This document shows, in pieces, positions 1-10,249 of a stretch of 64,000 bases of DNA. Position numbers and translations under genes: made by a program. Numbering within the stretch: position 1 is the first letter of the stretch; the number at the start of each line of letters is the position of its first letter. The DNA comes from Fistulifera solaris. Its lineage: Eukaryota. Location of the stretch: NCBI GenBank assembly GCA_030295235.1, contig AP026145.1:682001-746000 (forward strand). Reading direction: 5' to 3'. The notes below the pieces were generated by a model. The model worked only from the letters and a program-made list of their open reading frames with translations. It did no database searches and was not told where the DNA came from.

Positions 1-77
1 TGCCGAATTGTACATGAGTTCACGCTGATGTTATTCATCTAGAGTTGTTTACTAATTTTTGCGATCACAATGATTAG

Positions 78-496
78 TCAATGATGGGCCTGCTATTTCT
101 GTTGCTGATGTCGGCGTAAGCATGGGCGAAGGTGCTGCGCTGGCAATGGAAATGAGCGACATAACACTTATGGATTCGAACCTTGATAAGCTAACTTACA
201 TCATCGAGCTGGGTAGGAAGGTAATGATTACCATCCGCGAAAACATCCTTCTGAGTCTGGCATGCAAAATCGTGGTGGTTAGTCTTACGTTTCTAGGAAA
301 GATGACACTTCTTTACGCCATCGCTTCTGATGTTGGTGTAATGCTTATAGTCACTTTAAACGGCATGAAAGTATTACCAAGCCTGGGGTCGACGGCAGAG
401 ACGAAGTACAGCGAACTGAGTGATGACAGTGCTAATTCATCGGATAAACTAACCATGGGACCATCGATGAAACTCAATAACGCGGAAATCGTATAG
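78..496 (+). CDS. 3' exon of a P1B-type heavy-metal (Zn/Cd-like) transporting ATPase; gene begins upstream of the window
   Basis: After an acceptor TTAG ending at 77 the frame reads (I)NDGPAISVADVGVSMGEGAALAMEMSDITLMD, the P-type hinge region. It is followed by RENILLSLACK and AIASDVG..LIVTLNG membrane helices typical of P1B-2 pumps. Confidence 0.85.
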
Positions 497-564
497 ACAT
501 AGTTTAAACAATTTAACTAATGTACATAGGTGCAAATACCGGCTCCTCGTTTACTCCACGTGTG

Positions 565-2223
565 TTAATCTAAAAAACGATTCGGTGAAAGGATACTGCG
601 TTGGATCTTTGAGCCATCTGGAAATTCAAAGTACATCGCAGGGATGTCTTGTCCTCCATTAATATAATCCGCAATTGCTTGAGCCACACACTCACCCGTC
701 GCCAATCCTAATGTCCATCCCAGTGTCCCATGCCCTCCATGAACAAAGAGACCAGGCTGAATTTCGCCGGCTAATGGCATGTCATCGGGGCTCATTGGTC
801 GAAAGCATGGCAACGCTTCTTTGATTGTTGCATTGGTCGCGTCAGGAAACAGGACTTGGCTATATCGAGTAAGGATCTTTGGACCAAGCGAAGGCACATC
901 ACCAGCCTTTTCCGGGTACCCAACAAACTCTCCAAATCCAGCCATGCGAGTGGAAGTGGGACTGATAGAGGAACAATATATGGAATCAACGGAAAATGGC
1001 CTGTTCATTTGTATCTTCGTCGCCTCGTTCGCCGGTGGTTCAAAGCTTAGCGTGAAAGAATGACCACGCAATGGATAGATGGGCACGCAGTCGCCGAGGC
1101 CCATACACGCAGCAAGCAAGGCGTTGCGGATGCCGGCAGCTAAAACGACGACATCAAAATCGTCACTGGACCCGTCCTCAAAAGTTATTCTGTATTTCGG
1201 TTTCGATCCATCCAAAGCTGTGACCCCCTTTACAGTGGCATTGCGAAACAGGACACCGGTTTTCCCACATTTACTGACCAGATCTTTTACAAAGGCTCCG
1301 CAATTAGCAATTATATCATTTGTTCGATGAACGGTGAACAGTGGCTGCATAGGTAGCCGGCCTAATCGTGGTTCAAGTTGAATTGTTCTTTCCCATGAAA
1401 TCATTTCCGCACTTTCTCCAAATTCATGAACCTCGTCAAGAGCCTGCTTTGCAGAGTCGGCGGTACGATGTAGCGACAAAAATCCTCTCGAAAACGATGA
1501 AGAATTTTGCGAGTATCGGAGAAAAAGGTTACGATTGGCGGCAGCCAACGCAACCAGTTGTTTCCCACGCTCGTGCGCATCATTTCTCAAAAGCGATGCG
1601 CGTAGATAGTGCTTCATAAATGTGATGAAACTCCACCGCTCCGCCGATGATGCCGTGGGTCCTATGCACTTCCAAAGATGCAAGGCAAAATAGGGCGGCG
1701 CTATTGCGAATTGCTCGCTCCGAATGGTCTTTTGTGTCGAGCTTGGCCAAAGTGATTGGAGTTGTTCACGTTTCAGTTCGTAGAACTCTACCAATGTATC
1801 ACGCAGTACCTTCCAAAGAGCCGACTTTTCGGAAAATACATGCATGGCGGCCGCAGGGACCAAGGAATTGGCATTTCTAGCCGTGGCGGCCTTCCACTGA
1901 TTGGTGACCGGGTTGTTCAAATTGTTCGAGCACGCGTAGGGATCGCCTTCAATGACCACAATTTCGCATTTTTCCTGCAGGTCTTTTTCGACCAAGGCAT
2001 GAGCGACCGAGATACCCGCAATCTCACCACCCAGAATCCCCACTCGTAGCGTATCGTCGTGGTTGGTGGTGCTATTCGTATTCGCTACTTGCGCGCTGCC
2101 GAAACGTCTCCATTGTGAGAACCGGAATGAGAAAGGAAACTGTTGGTTGGGCTGTTGTGACATGAAAACACAAATAATGCAGATGGGCAAATGAGCAAGA
2201 AGAAAAGCAACACCTTCCTTCAT
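565..2223 (-). CDS. FAD-dependent oxidoreductase, D-amino-acid dehydrogenase (DadA)/DAO family
   Basis: Intronless 552-aa ORF with a Rossmann-like RVGILGGEIAG, DVVVLAAG, PIYPLRGHS, CFRPMSPDDMPLAG and HGGHGTLGWTLG. The N-terminus is hydrophobic. Confidence 0.85.
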   Translation of the reverse strand: MKEGVAFLLAHLPICIICVFMSQQPNQQFPFSFRFSQWRRFGSAQVANTNSTTNHDDTLRVGILGGEIAGISVAHALVEKDLQEKCEIVVIEGDPYACSNNLNNPVTNQWKAATARNANSLVPAAAMHVFSEKSALWKVLRDTLVEFYELKREQLQSLWPSSTQKTIRSEQFAIAPPYFALHLWKCIGPTASSAERWSFITFMKHYLRASLLRNDAHERGKQLVALAAANRNLFLRYSQNSSSFSRGFLSLHRTADSAKQALDEVHEFGESAEMISWERTIQLEPRLGRLPMQPLFTVHRTNDIIANCGAFVKDLVSKCGKTGVLFRNATVKGVTALDGSKPKYRITFEDGSSDDFDVVVLAAGIRNALLAACMGLGDCVPIYPLRGHSFTLSFEPPANEATKIQMNRPFSVDSIYCSSISPTSTRMAGFGEFVGYPEKAGDVPSLGPKILTRYSQVLFPDATNATIKEALPCFRPMSPDDMPLAGEIQPGLFVHGGHGTLGWTLGLATGECVAQAIADYINGGQDIPAMYFEFPDGSKIQRSILSPNRFLD

Positions 2224-2720
2224 GCTGTCGTGTCGAAAATATTTGCCTTCGCTTTATTTCCTTGTTTTTGCTGATCTGGATCACGAAGACGAATACTCTT
2301 TAGCGTATAGTCAATTTCCACGTGTCCAGTCGTGCCCCGCTTCCGATCCTGATCGGTTCGCTTTTTCATTGAAAATAATGATGACGGCTTCATTATTTTT
2401 TCTTTTCTGCATTCAAATAAGAATGCAATGACGTTACTAGAGTTGGTACCTGGTACAGTGCCGCGTGCCGCCTGCATTGAACCCTCTCCACAAGAATGAC
2501 ATCACCAACAATCGGCTTCGGACGTTTAGGGGCACAAGAAATGACGCCGACTATTGCAACAAGGGCGTACGACTTCCACGTGTCAGGTGAAGTATCTTTC
2601 CAATAACACGACTGAAATGATGGAAGCTTCTTTTTCTCGTTGATCGGTGGCTTCCCAACCTTTCTCATAATATCGAAACAAATTCAAAAACCAAACGAAC
2701 ATCGCAATCTTATTGTCACC

Positions 2721-3934
2721 ATGACGAAATCAACAACTAAAACAACCACCTGCATCGTTGGAGGAGGCAACTCCGCTCATGTGTTGATCCCTTTTCTTGC
2801 TGAAGCAGGACATTGTGTGCACTTGCTGACTCGACGTCCGAATGACTGGAGTGATACGGTAGTCTGTCAGATTCAAAAGGGAGAGACGGTCATGACAACG
2901 CACCAAGGAAACGTCGCGCGCAAATCATCGCGGCCGATCGATGTTATCCCGCAAGCGGATATCATCGTCCTCTGTTTGCCCGTCCATCAGTATCGTACCG
3001 CACTGCAACGCATCGCACCTTACATGAATCGAAGCAAAGCCAACGTCTACATTGGTACCATCTACGGGCAGGCGAACTTTCGATGGATGGTGCAACATGA
3101 GGTCGAAAAGGCGCAAAACCTCACCAACGTCGTTACCTTTGCCGTCGGTAGCATTCCTTGGATCTGCCGTACACTCGAGTACGGGAAAATCGGAATCAAT
3201 TACGGAGGGAAGGCGGTCAACACAGTTGCCGTTTCGCCTGCGGATTGTTTCAAAAAGCTCCAGGAGATTTTTCTCGACGACATTTCGCTGCGCCCACTTC
3301 AGATTGGACGTTTCGAGCAGGCCTGCTTTTTGTCCCTTACCATGTCTGTGGACAACCAAATTCTTCATCCCGCCCGTTGTTACGGTCTTTGGAAAAGGTA
3401 TGGAGGAGTATGGGATACTCCAGCCGACGTTCCTTATTTCTATCGAGACTTTGATCAGCTCTCGGCTGATATTCTTGCCAAGCTAGACGCAGAGTACGAG
3501 GAGATTCGCCAGGCCATCAAGAAGCGATTCCCGCATCTTTCGTTTCAGTACATGCTGAGCTACTTGGAGCTCGAGAATCTCAACCACAATAGCAAATGCA
3601 CGGACATCTTGGCCACGCTCCGCGACAGCGCGCAGTTGGGCGAAATCAAAACTCCCACTGTGGAAGGACCGGATGGACGTCGTTACTTGGACACGAAATG
3701 TCGCTTTTTCCTGGATGACATTCCCTACGGATTACTCATTGCTAAATCACTTGCGGAAATGTTCGATATCGAGACGCCCTTTATCACAGAAGTGATTGAA
3801 TGGGCGCAAGATCTTCGCGGAGAAGAGTTCGTGGTGGAGGGACGCATCAACCGTGAATTTTGTCTGGGGAAAACGTTGTCTGTGGCATCCCCCAGGCGTA
3901 CGGTATCACCACGATTGAAGAATTGGTGGAATGA
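2721..3934 (+). CDS. NAD(P)-dependent opine (octopine/tauropine-type) dehydrogenase; 1-nt frameshift near 3866-3873
   Basis: Motifs CIVGGGNSAH, ADIIVLCLP, GSIPWICR, NQILHPARCYG, PYFYRDFD and RFFLDDIPYGLL. The family-like C-terminus CGIPQAYGITTIEELVE* (stop 3932-3934) lies in another frame after a GGGGAAAA run. Confidence 0.88.
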
Positions 3935-4184
3935 ATCGATGTCGGGGCTACCGTGAATGTTGTGTAAGTGGCCCACCTCGCCTTCATTTCCGCCTTCTCG
4001 GTCTTTTTCGACAACACTACTTTATCTCCTCACCACCTTTTCGTTTCCCTGATATCCCATCGTTTGAGAGAAAACATAGGACACGTAGTGATATAGGTTC
4101 ACGTAGGCTGCAATTGAAACATTAAAGCATTGAAATGCATAACATTAGACCAAATTTATGAACCAATAATACAGACGCGAATGA

Positions 4185-4616
4185 TTACGCTTCCGCTTCA
4201 GGAGCAGATTCGAATTCGAGTTTTCCTTCGCTCCCCTTAATAATAAGAACATCCCCCTTTCCTATTTGCACGCAACTAGGCAATATGCGGGACACGGTCG
4301 ATTCGACTGCGGCCAACTCGGGCCCCGGATACATTCGCGTACTCATGACCATTCCAAACGACACGGAATCATTCTCATTTAAGGTAAAACTTGATCGCAG
4401 CATATTTCCAATCTTCAGAAAGAAAAGGAATTGCCCGGAGTTGCTGCTACTTTGTATTTCCAGCTGGAAATCACGATCCGCCGGGAGGATGATTGGCCTT
4501 TCTTGCGAATCCCAGATATTCGTGAGTTTGTATTTGCCAGTAAAGTCCGACATGCCAGAAGTACAAACGGAAAGAAGAAAATAGTAGAGGAAGTAGATTG
4601 TTGTAAAGTAATTCAT
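4185..4616 (-). CDS. Small secreted protein, META/HslJ-like domain
   Basis: N-terminal hydrophobic signal, then GKYKLTNI...IGNMLRSSF...SFGMVMSTRMYP...LIIKGSEGKLEF, which resembles the META pattern (N...STxM). Confidence 0.55.
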   Translation of the reverse strand: MNYFTTIYFLYYFLLSVCTSGMSDFTGKYKLTNIWDSQERPIILPADRDFQLEIQSSSNSGQFLFFLKIGNMLRSSFTLNENDSVSFGMVMSTRMYPGPELAAVESTVSRILPSCVQIGKGDVLIIKGSEGKLEFESAPEAEA

Positions 4617-5373
4617 TCTCCATTACTCCCTAATTATTTGTGAATGAATAGTGCTTTGTCGAACAGTCGAACAGCAGCAAACAACAACAACGAAAAGTGG
4701 GGGCGCAGCTGCAGTTCGTGTCTCTCGTCTTTGAGGGCCATTTCTAACCGAAATGTTCGCGTTTCGTAATTTCGTATTTCGCGCGGTCGCACACTCTCCC
4801 ATTTTGCCCAAACGGGAGAGAAACAAAAAATCCAAAGATTATTGTCTGTCATTTTCTCCGGATACGAACGCAAAATGCGAAAATACGAATACGAAACTTC
4901 CCCGGTTAGTAATGGCCCTGACTATCGCTTGTAAAGTAAGTTACCTTTTAAACCTTTATCCCTTGCGAAATTTAAAATCAAAAACTAGGGATCGAGCATC
5001 GAGCCAATACTCTAGCTCTAGATACAGCCTAGATGCAGAAGACGCGCACTGACAAGCTAATAAGTCATGATATCTAATCATTCTTTCTTTTAGTAGACAT
5101 CCCACCAGGAAATATAGGCGTCACTTATTTTCGATACAACAACATTGATGTTTTTTGTTCTTTAGTAAGATTCGAAGGATCGTGTAGACCAATCAAGACT
5201 CAAGAATGCTTTCGAGAAATCATTAATAGCATAATAATTGCAAGATGAAGCATCTTGCGTGTTTAGCTTCAGCGAAAGACGCAATGTATGAACTCTTGTG
5301 GTTCTAATATGTTGAACATTAAGCACCTGGTAGGCATTTTCAAGCCAGACGTTTTTCTTATGCCTCGCCTGCT

Positions 5374-6060
5374 TCATTTGGAATCTATTTGCGAATACGC
5401 ACGACGTTTGCTCCAACAATAGCCGTGAAACCTCCACATGACACCGGCGTGAACCAACGATTGCGTCGAAAAATACAAGGCCGAGCGAACTCCAGAGACT
5501 GGCGGCTGACCAATTAACGCAGGTCGATAACCAGAAATTCGTGTTACAATCTCAGAATTCCGGCTATCTTTTCCGTGAATTGTACTGAGCGTAAAAAGCA
5601 GAGCCGCTCGAGGCGCTGGTATCGCAAACAACCCTCCCATGATGGGCAGTTCCATCGAGTACGTGTTTTGCACGGTTCCTTCGTGCAGGGCAATCGATAC
5701 GAGACGTGACTTTGCAGGTCCGAATATGAGCAAGTCTCGGCCAAAGATTCGGTCCTGAATGCAAATTCCGCTGTCCGTTCGAACGGAACGCAAAAGACCT
5801 AGAGAGACTGGAAAGCGGCAAAGCCATGTGGGATACGAATGGAATATTTGCTTCACCGGAAACTCTTTTTTATCTCGCAGACATCTAGAAGAAACTTCCA
5901 TAGACGAAGCAATGCCTGCTTTTCGATCAATGCTGGCTTCCCATTTAAATCCATGTTTTCTTCGAAACAATTGAACTGGTCCCAAAGAAACAGTCTTTGC
6001 GTAGCTACAATTGTAGCATAAGATCCACAACAACCAGCAAACCAATATCCCAAGTCTCAT
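5374..6060 (-). CDS. Hypothetical protein with signal peptide
   Basis: 228-aa ATG ORF with a hydrophobic N-terminus; no recognised domain. Confidence 0.6.
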   Translation of the reverse strand: MRLGILVCWLLWILCYNCSYAKTVSLGPVQLFRRKHGFKWEASIDRKAGIASSMEVSSRCLRDKKEFPVKQIFHSYPTWLCRFPVSLGLLRSVRTDSGICIQDRIFGRDLLIFGPAKSRLVSIALHEGTVQNTYSMELPIMGGLFAIPAPRAALLFTLSTIHGKDSRNSEIVTRISGYRPALIGQPPVSGVRSALYFSTQSLVHAGVMWRFHGYCWSKRRAYSQIDSK

Positions 6061-6839
6061 CTTGCTGTAAATGGTTAACTCAAAGGTAACGTTGGCTCTC
6101 TTTTGTTTTATTGCTCTACCCTCTCATCGCGAGAATCATCGTCATGAAACTCGCGATCATCATCGAGCAGTTTTTGACATCCTTCATTATTCACGAGTTC
6201 TGTCATGAGTCGTAGGTCATAATGTGTGACTCGGTTGACTCCGACCGGTCATGTGAGTATCAGTTAAGATGTACCCCAACGGCGCACCCTTCTTGCGCAA
6301 GAAGTTTGCTGCGGTGTGACAGGCGCGTGACACGTGACCAAAGGAAATGGGAAATTTTGTAGAGTGTACGAATAAAAAATTGTCCGGTACCCAGACATAG
6401 TACCCAATTATGGTTACATAGAGCGGCACACGAATTCGTTATCTAAATCATTGTCGTTGTGAGGTACACTTTTGTATCTGGTCGTAGTCTTCCACTTATT
6501 ATATGAGTCAGGAAAAATCTGGCGCGCCCGTCTTCTTGCACGTACTGACACTATAGGATTGCTATTTCCTCGTCCACATCCAATGCGTCTACTAAAACCT
6601 GCCAAAGCCAATGCTCCTTTGGTTTCACAGAAACAGATCTTCCCGTTGCAACCGGTCACATCCATTGCGGTCGAGTCAAGGAGTCCTGGTTGCACGATTA
6701 GCCATTGACCTTGCGCTTGCGGTCCCTCTTCCTTCATTGACTTGCGCTATAAGGTAGACTCAAGTGATTTTTCGTACTTTGTCGCTGACTGCTCGAACTA
6801 TTCCTTTGTGGCGATCATTCAAGTAAGATCTCGGCCGCC

Positions 6840-7734
6840 ATGTCATCTTCGCCTTCGCGCAAGCGTCCTCCTTCGCCGCTGCCGCCGGAGACAACGACAT
6901 CGGAATCATCAGCGCCCATCTTGCCCTCTCCGCAATCGGTAAAATCCTCAAAAACGGTTCGAAGTGGTGACAAGGGCTACAAAGGATTGCGTCATTTCAG
7001 TTTAATGGTGTGCAAGAAAGTTCAAGAGAAAGGCAAAACAACGTATAACCAGGTTGCCGATGAGCTTGTAATTGCAATAAAGGAAGAACACGCGGATCAA
7101 CAATACGATGAAAAGAATATACGACGTCGAGTGTATGATGCTCTAAATGTCTTGATGGCGATGGATATTATTGTCAAAGACAGGAAAGATATTACGTGGA
7201 AAGGACTGCCCACCAGTACTGCGCAGGATGCGGAGGGCATGCGTCGAGAATTGGCTTACCGCCAGCAGCAGATTCAAAAGAAACGTGATGCACTGGCGGA
7301 ATTGCTCGTACAACAAGTTTGTTTTCGCAATCTGGCGCAACACAATCAAAAGCGTGTGGAGAGTAGCAAACCAGACAACAAAATTCCCTTGCCGTTCATT
7401 GTAGTCAACACGAGTTCGTCGGCAGTCATTCAATGCAACATGAGTAAGGACCTGACAGATGTCATGTTTGATTTCAATATGCCTTTCGAAATCAACGATG
7501 ATAACACAATTCTGAAACGACTCGGAATGTAAGTAACGATCACCACAATGTTTCTCAACACTCGCTGTACTCATTCTTTGTTAATTTGCTTACAGGCATC
7601 GATCGACCATGAAGGACTTGAAAGAATGGTTGCCGCAAGAATGCTTGACTTATTGCAATGATCACAATTTGTTGAATGAAATTCTTGCAGAGGAGAAGAT
7701 GAGACCTGTGAAGAAACAGCGTTCTACCATCTAG
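6840..7734 (+). CDS. DP: Transcription factor DP (E2F dimerisation partner); intron 7529-7595
   Basis: KGLRHFSLMVCKKV, TTYNQVADEL, YDEKNIRRRVYDALNVLMAMDII and IPLPFIVVNT. Splicing GTAAGT...TACAG extends the frame to a TAG at 7732-7734. Confidence 0.95.
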
Positions 7735-7926
7735 GATTGAGGTGCTTCGCAGCGTTTGCAGAATGTTGGAGATAGACCCACTTTGGGTCTTTTTTCGCAA
7801 CACGAAAGCTCCACGAAGCTAGTTTGTTTTTTGTAAACAATCTAGTATTCTTTCCTTAAAAAAATTTATTTATTTCAAAGTTGTCAAAGTCAAACAACCA
7901 TTCAAGATCTTTTTCTTGACGAGCCT

Positions 7927-8025
7927 CTAGCTAGAGTCTTGAGAGTCTGAAACGGCCTCATCTCTGTTTTGGGTTTTGTAGCTTTTGTAGCTACTTTGTA
8001 TAGGCAAGCTCAAGACCCTAGCTAG
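7927..8025. repeat. 99-bp element bounded by a 17-bp inverted repeat (MITE-like)
   Basis: CTAGCTAGAGTCTTGAG (7927-7943) pairs with CTCAAGACCCTAGCTAG (8009-8025) at 16/17 positions. Internal TTTGTA(GC) repeats are present. Confidence 0.65.
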
Positions 8026-8300
8026 GTGATGTCATACCACTACTGATTTGAAATCTGACACTATCGAATAAATTGTAAGTTCTAGGCGTAACATTGACTT
8101 TGAGTGTGACCTATTAAGTAGTGATTTGCCAAAAACACCGATGAAGAACGAACCAGAACAAAAACGGCAAAGCAAGTGCAAGGTGTCAAAGGATATACGA
8201 AGAAATAGGTGAACGAGCTATGACAAAAAGCATTCAATAATCTTATCGTTAATACGGTCCTTTTTCATGCGCAGCTGCAGATTTGAAAAGAGAATAGAAT

Positions 8301-10115
8301 ATGACGTCGAGCGACGATACGTCGGAAACGGAAGCGACGACGCCTGTAGGTGTCACGATCGCTTTTCGACATCATCGACAGGCGAACGCGGAGGAATCTC
8401 CAGCCAAACCTCGCTCGATTCACAAAAAGCCACGACGATCGTCACTGCAACAGCTAGGGAAAGAGAGACGAAAGTCGGTGACCTTAAAGAGGAAGATTGG
8501 TACAATTACCAAACCGGTCTCATCCTGGACGGTCTTTCTGGAAGGCGCCTCGTTATATGCGGCTTCGTTATTCCTCCCTGCCTTGTTAGGGGCGTTATAC
8601 CAAGCTTATCGTGGTCAATGGAGCTTTCGAAACACTCAGATTTACGAATACTTGTTTGAGCTATTGTGTCCTTTGGATGCCGACAATGAGTCTACCTTAA
8701 AATATCTGTGGTCCAATTGGATTTGCAAGCTAGAATTACCGAGAGAAACAAGTACTCAAAGCATCTTGGAGGCCGACATTCGCATGCTCTCTTCGAGATC
8801 TAGTATGTACGATGATATTTGGAAAGTAACAGTTTGCGCGGCTGGCCTCGCACTCGTCCGCATGCTGATTGTACACCTGTTGGTAATGCCGCTTCAAAGC
8901 ACCCACCAGCTACTCGCCATGGTTCGCTGCAAGTCAATCCATTTGCTGTCTTCGGACTACTCACAAACTCCAGTGGCGACTCCCGTCAAAGAAAAGCAGA
9001 ATCTTGTGGTAGATAATTCGGCTCTGGCGAGCATACAAGTCCCTTCACTTGGGCTAACAAACAACATGGCTTCGGGGAATGCTTACGATATCGACCAGGA
9101 TGAAAGTGCTTTAGGGCTGCAATTCGACGAGTCAGAGAGAGAAACTGGGGATACACTGTTTCGCTCTCCATATCGACAGGAAGACGAAAAAATATTTGAA
9201 GCCGCACCTGGGTTGACGAATCAGACGGACGAAGAAGGCTATAGCAGTCCAGACGAGCAAGAAACTCTACTTCAACCGAATAATCGCCTCTATTCCGGAC
9301 CACGCTATGCAACGGCAGTATTTCGCTTGCTTTACTGCACCGTTACGAGTGTGCTGGCTCTTGTTTACTTTCGTGACGCTGATTTCTGGCCATGGTATGT
9401 GGGAGGCTCAGGAAGCACGGCACGGTGTTGGGACTTGTCTGGAGGGCTGATAGTTAGCGGTATGGATGCCGATTTCGATCAACGCAATACTCTACTGAAG
9501 CAATATTTTTTATGGCAGGCGTCTTATCACTGGCACTCTGGTGCGTTCCATGTTTTAAGTCTGCTTGCCTTACTGATTTCTCCAGCAAATAGAAGCGCTT
9601 TAACGGAGCGTCATCAGTTTTTCGACGACCTACGAAGCAACACAAAGGCCTATGCCAGATCTTTGGCCATTCACGTTCTCACATTAATCATTATTGCGCT
9701 TGCTTACGTGTTTAGCAGCTTGAGAAGACTCGCAGCTATCGGGATGTTTGCATTCGATGTGAGCAGCTGGTTTCTACATTTATTGCAAGTGTGCATCAAC
9801 GCACCCCCAGATTCTTTACTTCAGCGCTACCTGCCATCTACAAAGTTTATTCATGCGTACGTGGTCGTCCCAATATTTTTTGCGGCACGGCTAGGAATAT
9901 GGCCAGCTTTAGCGTATTCCGTTCTCGGGCCTGAATCGAAACACTGGTTGCAACAATTGGAAAAGACGCTGTGGCCGGGCTCGGCCTTCCTCCTCAAGAC
10001 TCTGCTGAGCATCTGGCACGGGCTTGTTTTCTTGATGTCAGTTATATACGCAGGCCGCTTGATCCATCTTTCCCATGTGAAACGGGGTGGGGCCACGTCA
10101 TCAGCAGGAATTTGA
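8301..10115 (+). CDS. Multi-pass TLC (TRAM/LAG1/CLN8)-like membrane protein
   Basis: 604-aa ORF. The C-terminal half has several TM helices with AVFRLLYC, YFLWQASYHWHS, IHVLTL, GMFAFDVSSWFLHL and FFAARL. Confidence 0.65.
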   Translation: MTSSDDTSETEATTPVGVTIAFRHHRQANAEESPAKPRSIHKKPRRSSLQQLGKERRKSVTLKRKIGTITKPVSSWTVFLEGASLYAASLFLPALLGALYQAYRGQWSFRNTQIYEYLFELLCPLDADNESTLKYLWSNWICKLELPRETSTQSILEADIRMLSSRSSMYDDIWKVTVCAAGLALVRMLIVHLLVMPLQSTHQLLAMVRCKSIHLLSSDYSQTPVATPVKEKQNLVVDNSALASIQVPSLGLTNNMASGNAYDIDQDESALGLQFDESERETGDTLFRSPYRQEDEKIFEAAPGLTNQTDEEGYSSPDEQETLLQPNNRLYSGPRYATAVFRLLYCTVTSVLALVYFRDADFWPWYVGGSGSTARCWDLSGGLIVSGMDADFDQRNTLLKQYFLWQASYHWHSGAFHVLSLLALLISPANRSALTERHQFFDDLRSNTKAYARSLAIHVLTLIIIALAYVFSSLRRLAAIGMFAFDVSSWFLHLLQVCINAPPDSLLQRYLPSTKFIHAYVVVPIFFAARLGIWPALAYSVLGPESKHWLQQLEKTLWPGSAFLLKTLLSIWHGLVFLMSVIYAGRLIHLSHVKRGGATSSAGI

Positions 10116-10249
10116 CTAGTTTAGGTAAAAGAATAAAGCTCAATATTACACTCTCTCTTGTTGCATAATGATATTGGTTATCTAGTTGGGCTCTAAACTA
10201 AATTACTAACCAGCTAAAAGATTATAACTTCAAAGAAAGCCGCGTCATT

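Noticed and set aside
565..4616. Bacterial contamination or recent HGT island for the intronless DAO/ODH/META genes
   Set aside because: Composition and spacing match the flanking intron-containing genes, there is no operon-like co-orientation, and no mobility genes are present. Ancient HGT cannot be judged without phylogeny.
6121..6840. Possible E2F autoregulatory sites and small hairpin upstream of DP
   Set aside because: Only partial matches (TGGCGCGC; ATCGCGAG/CTCGCGAT), which are expected by chance.
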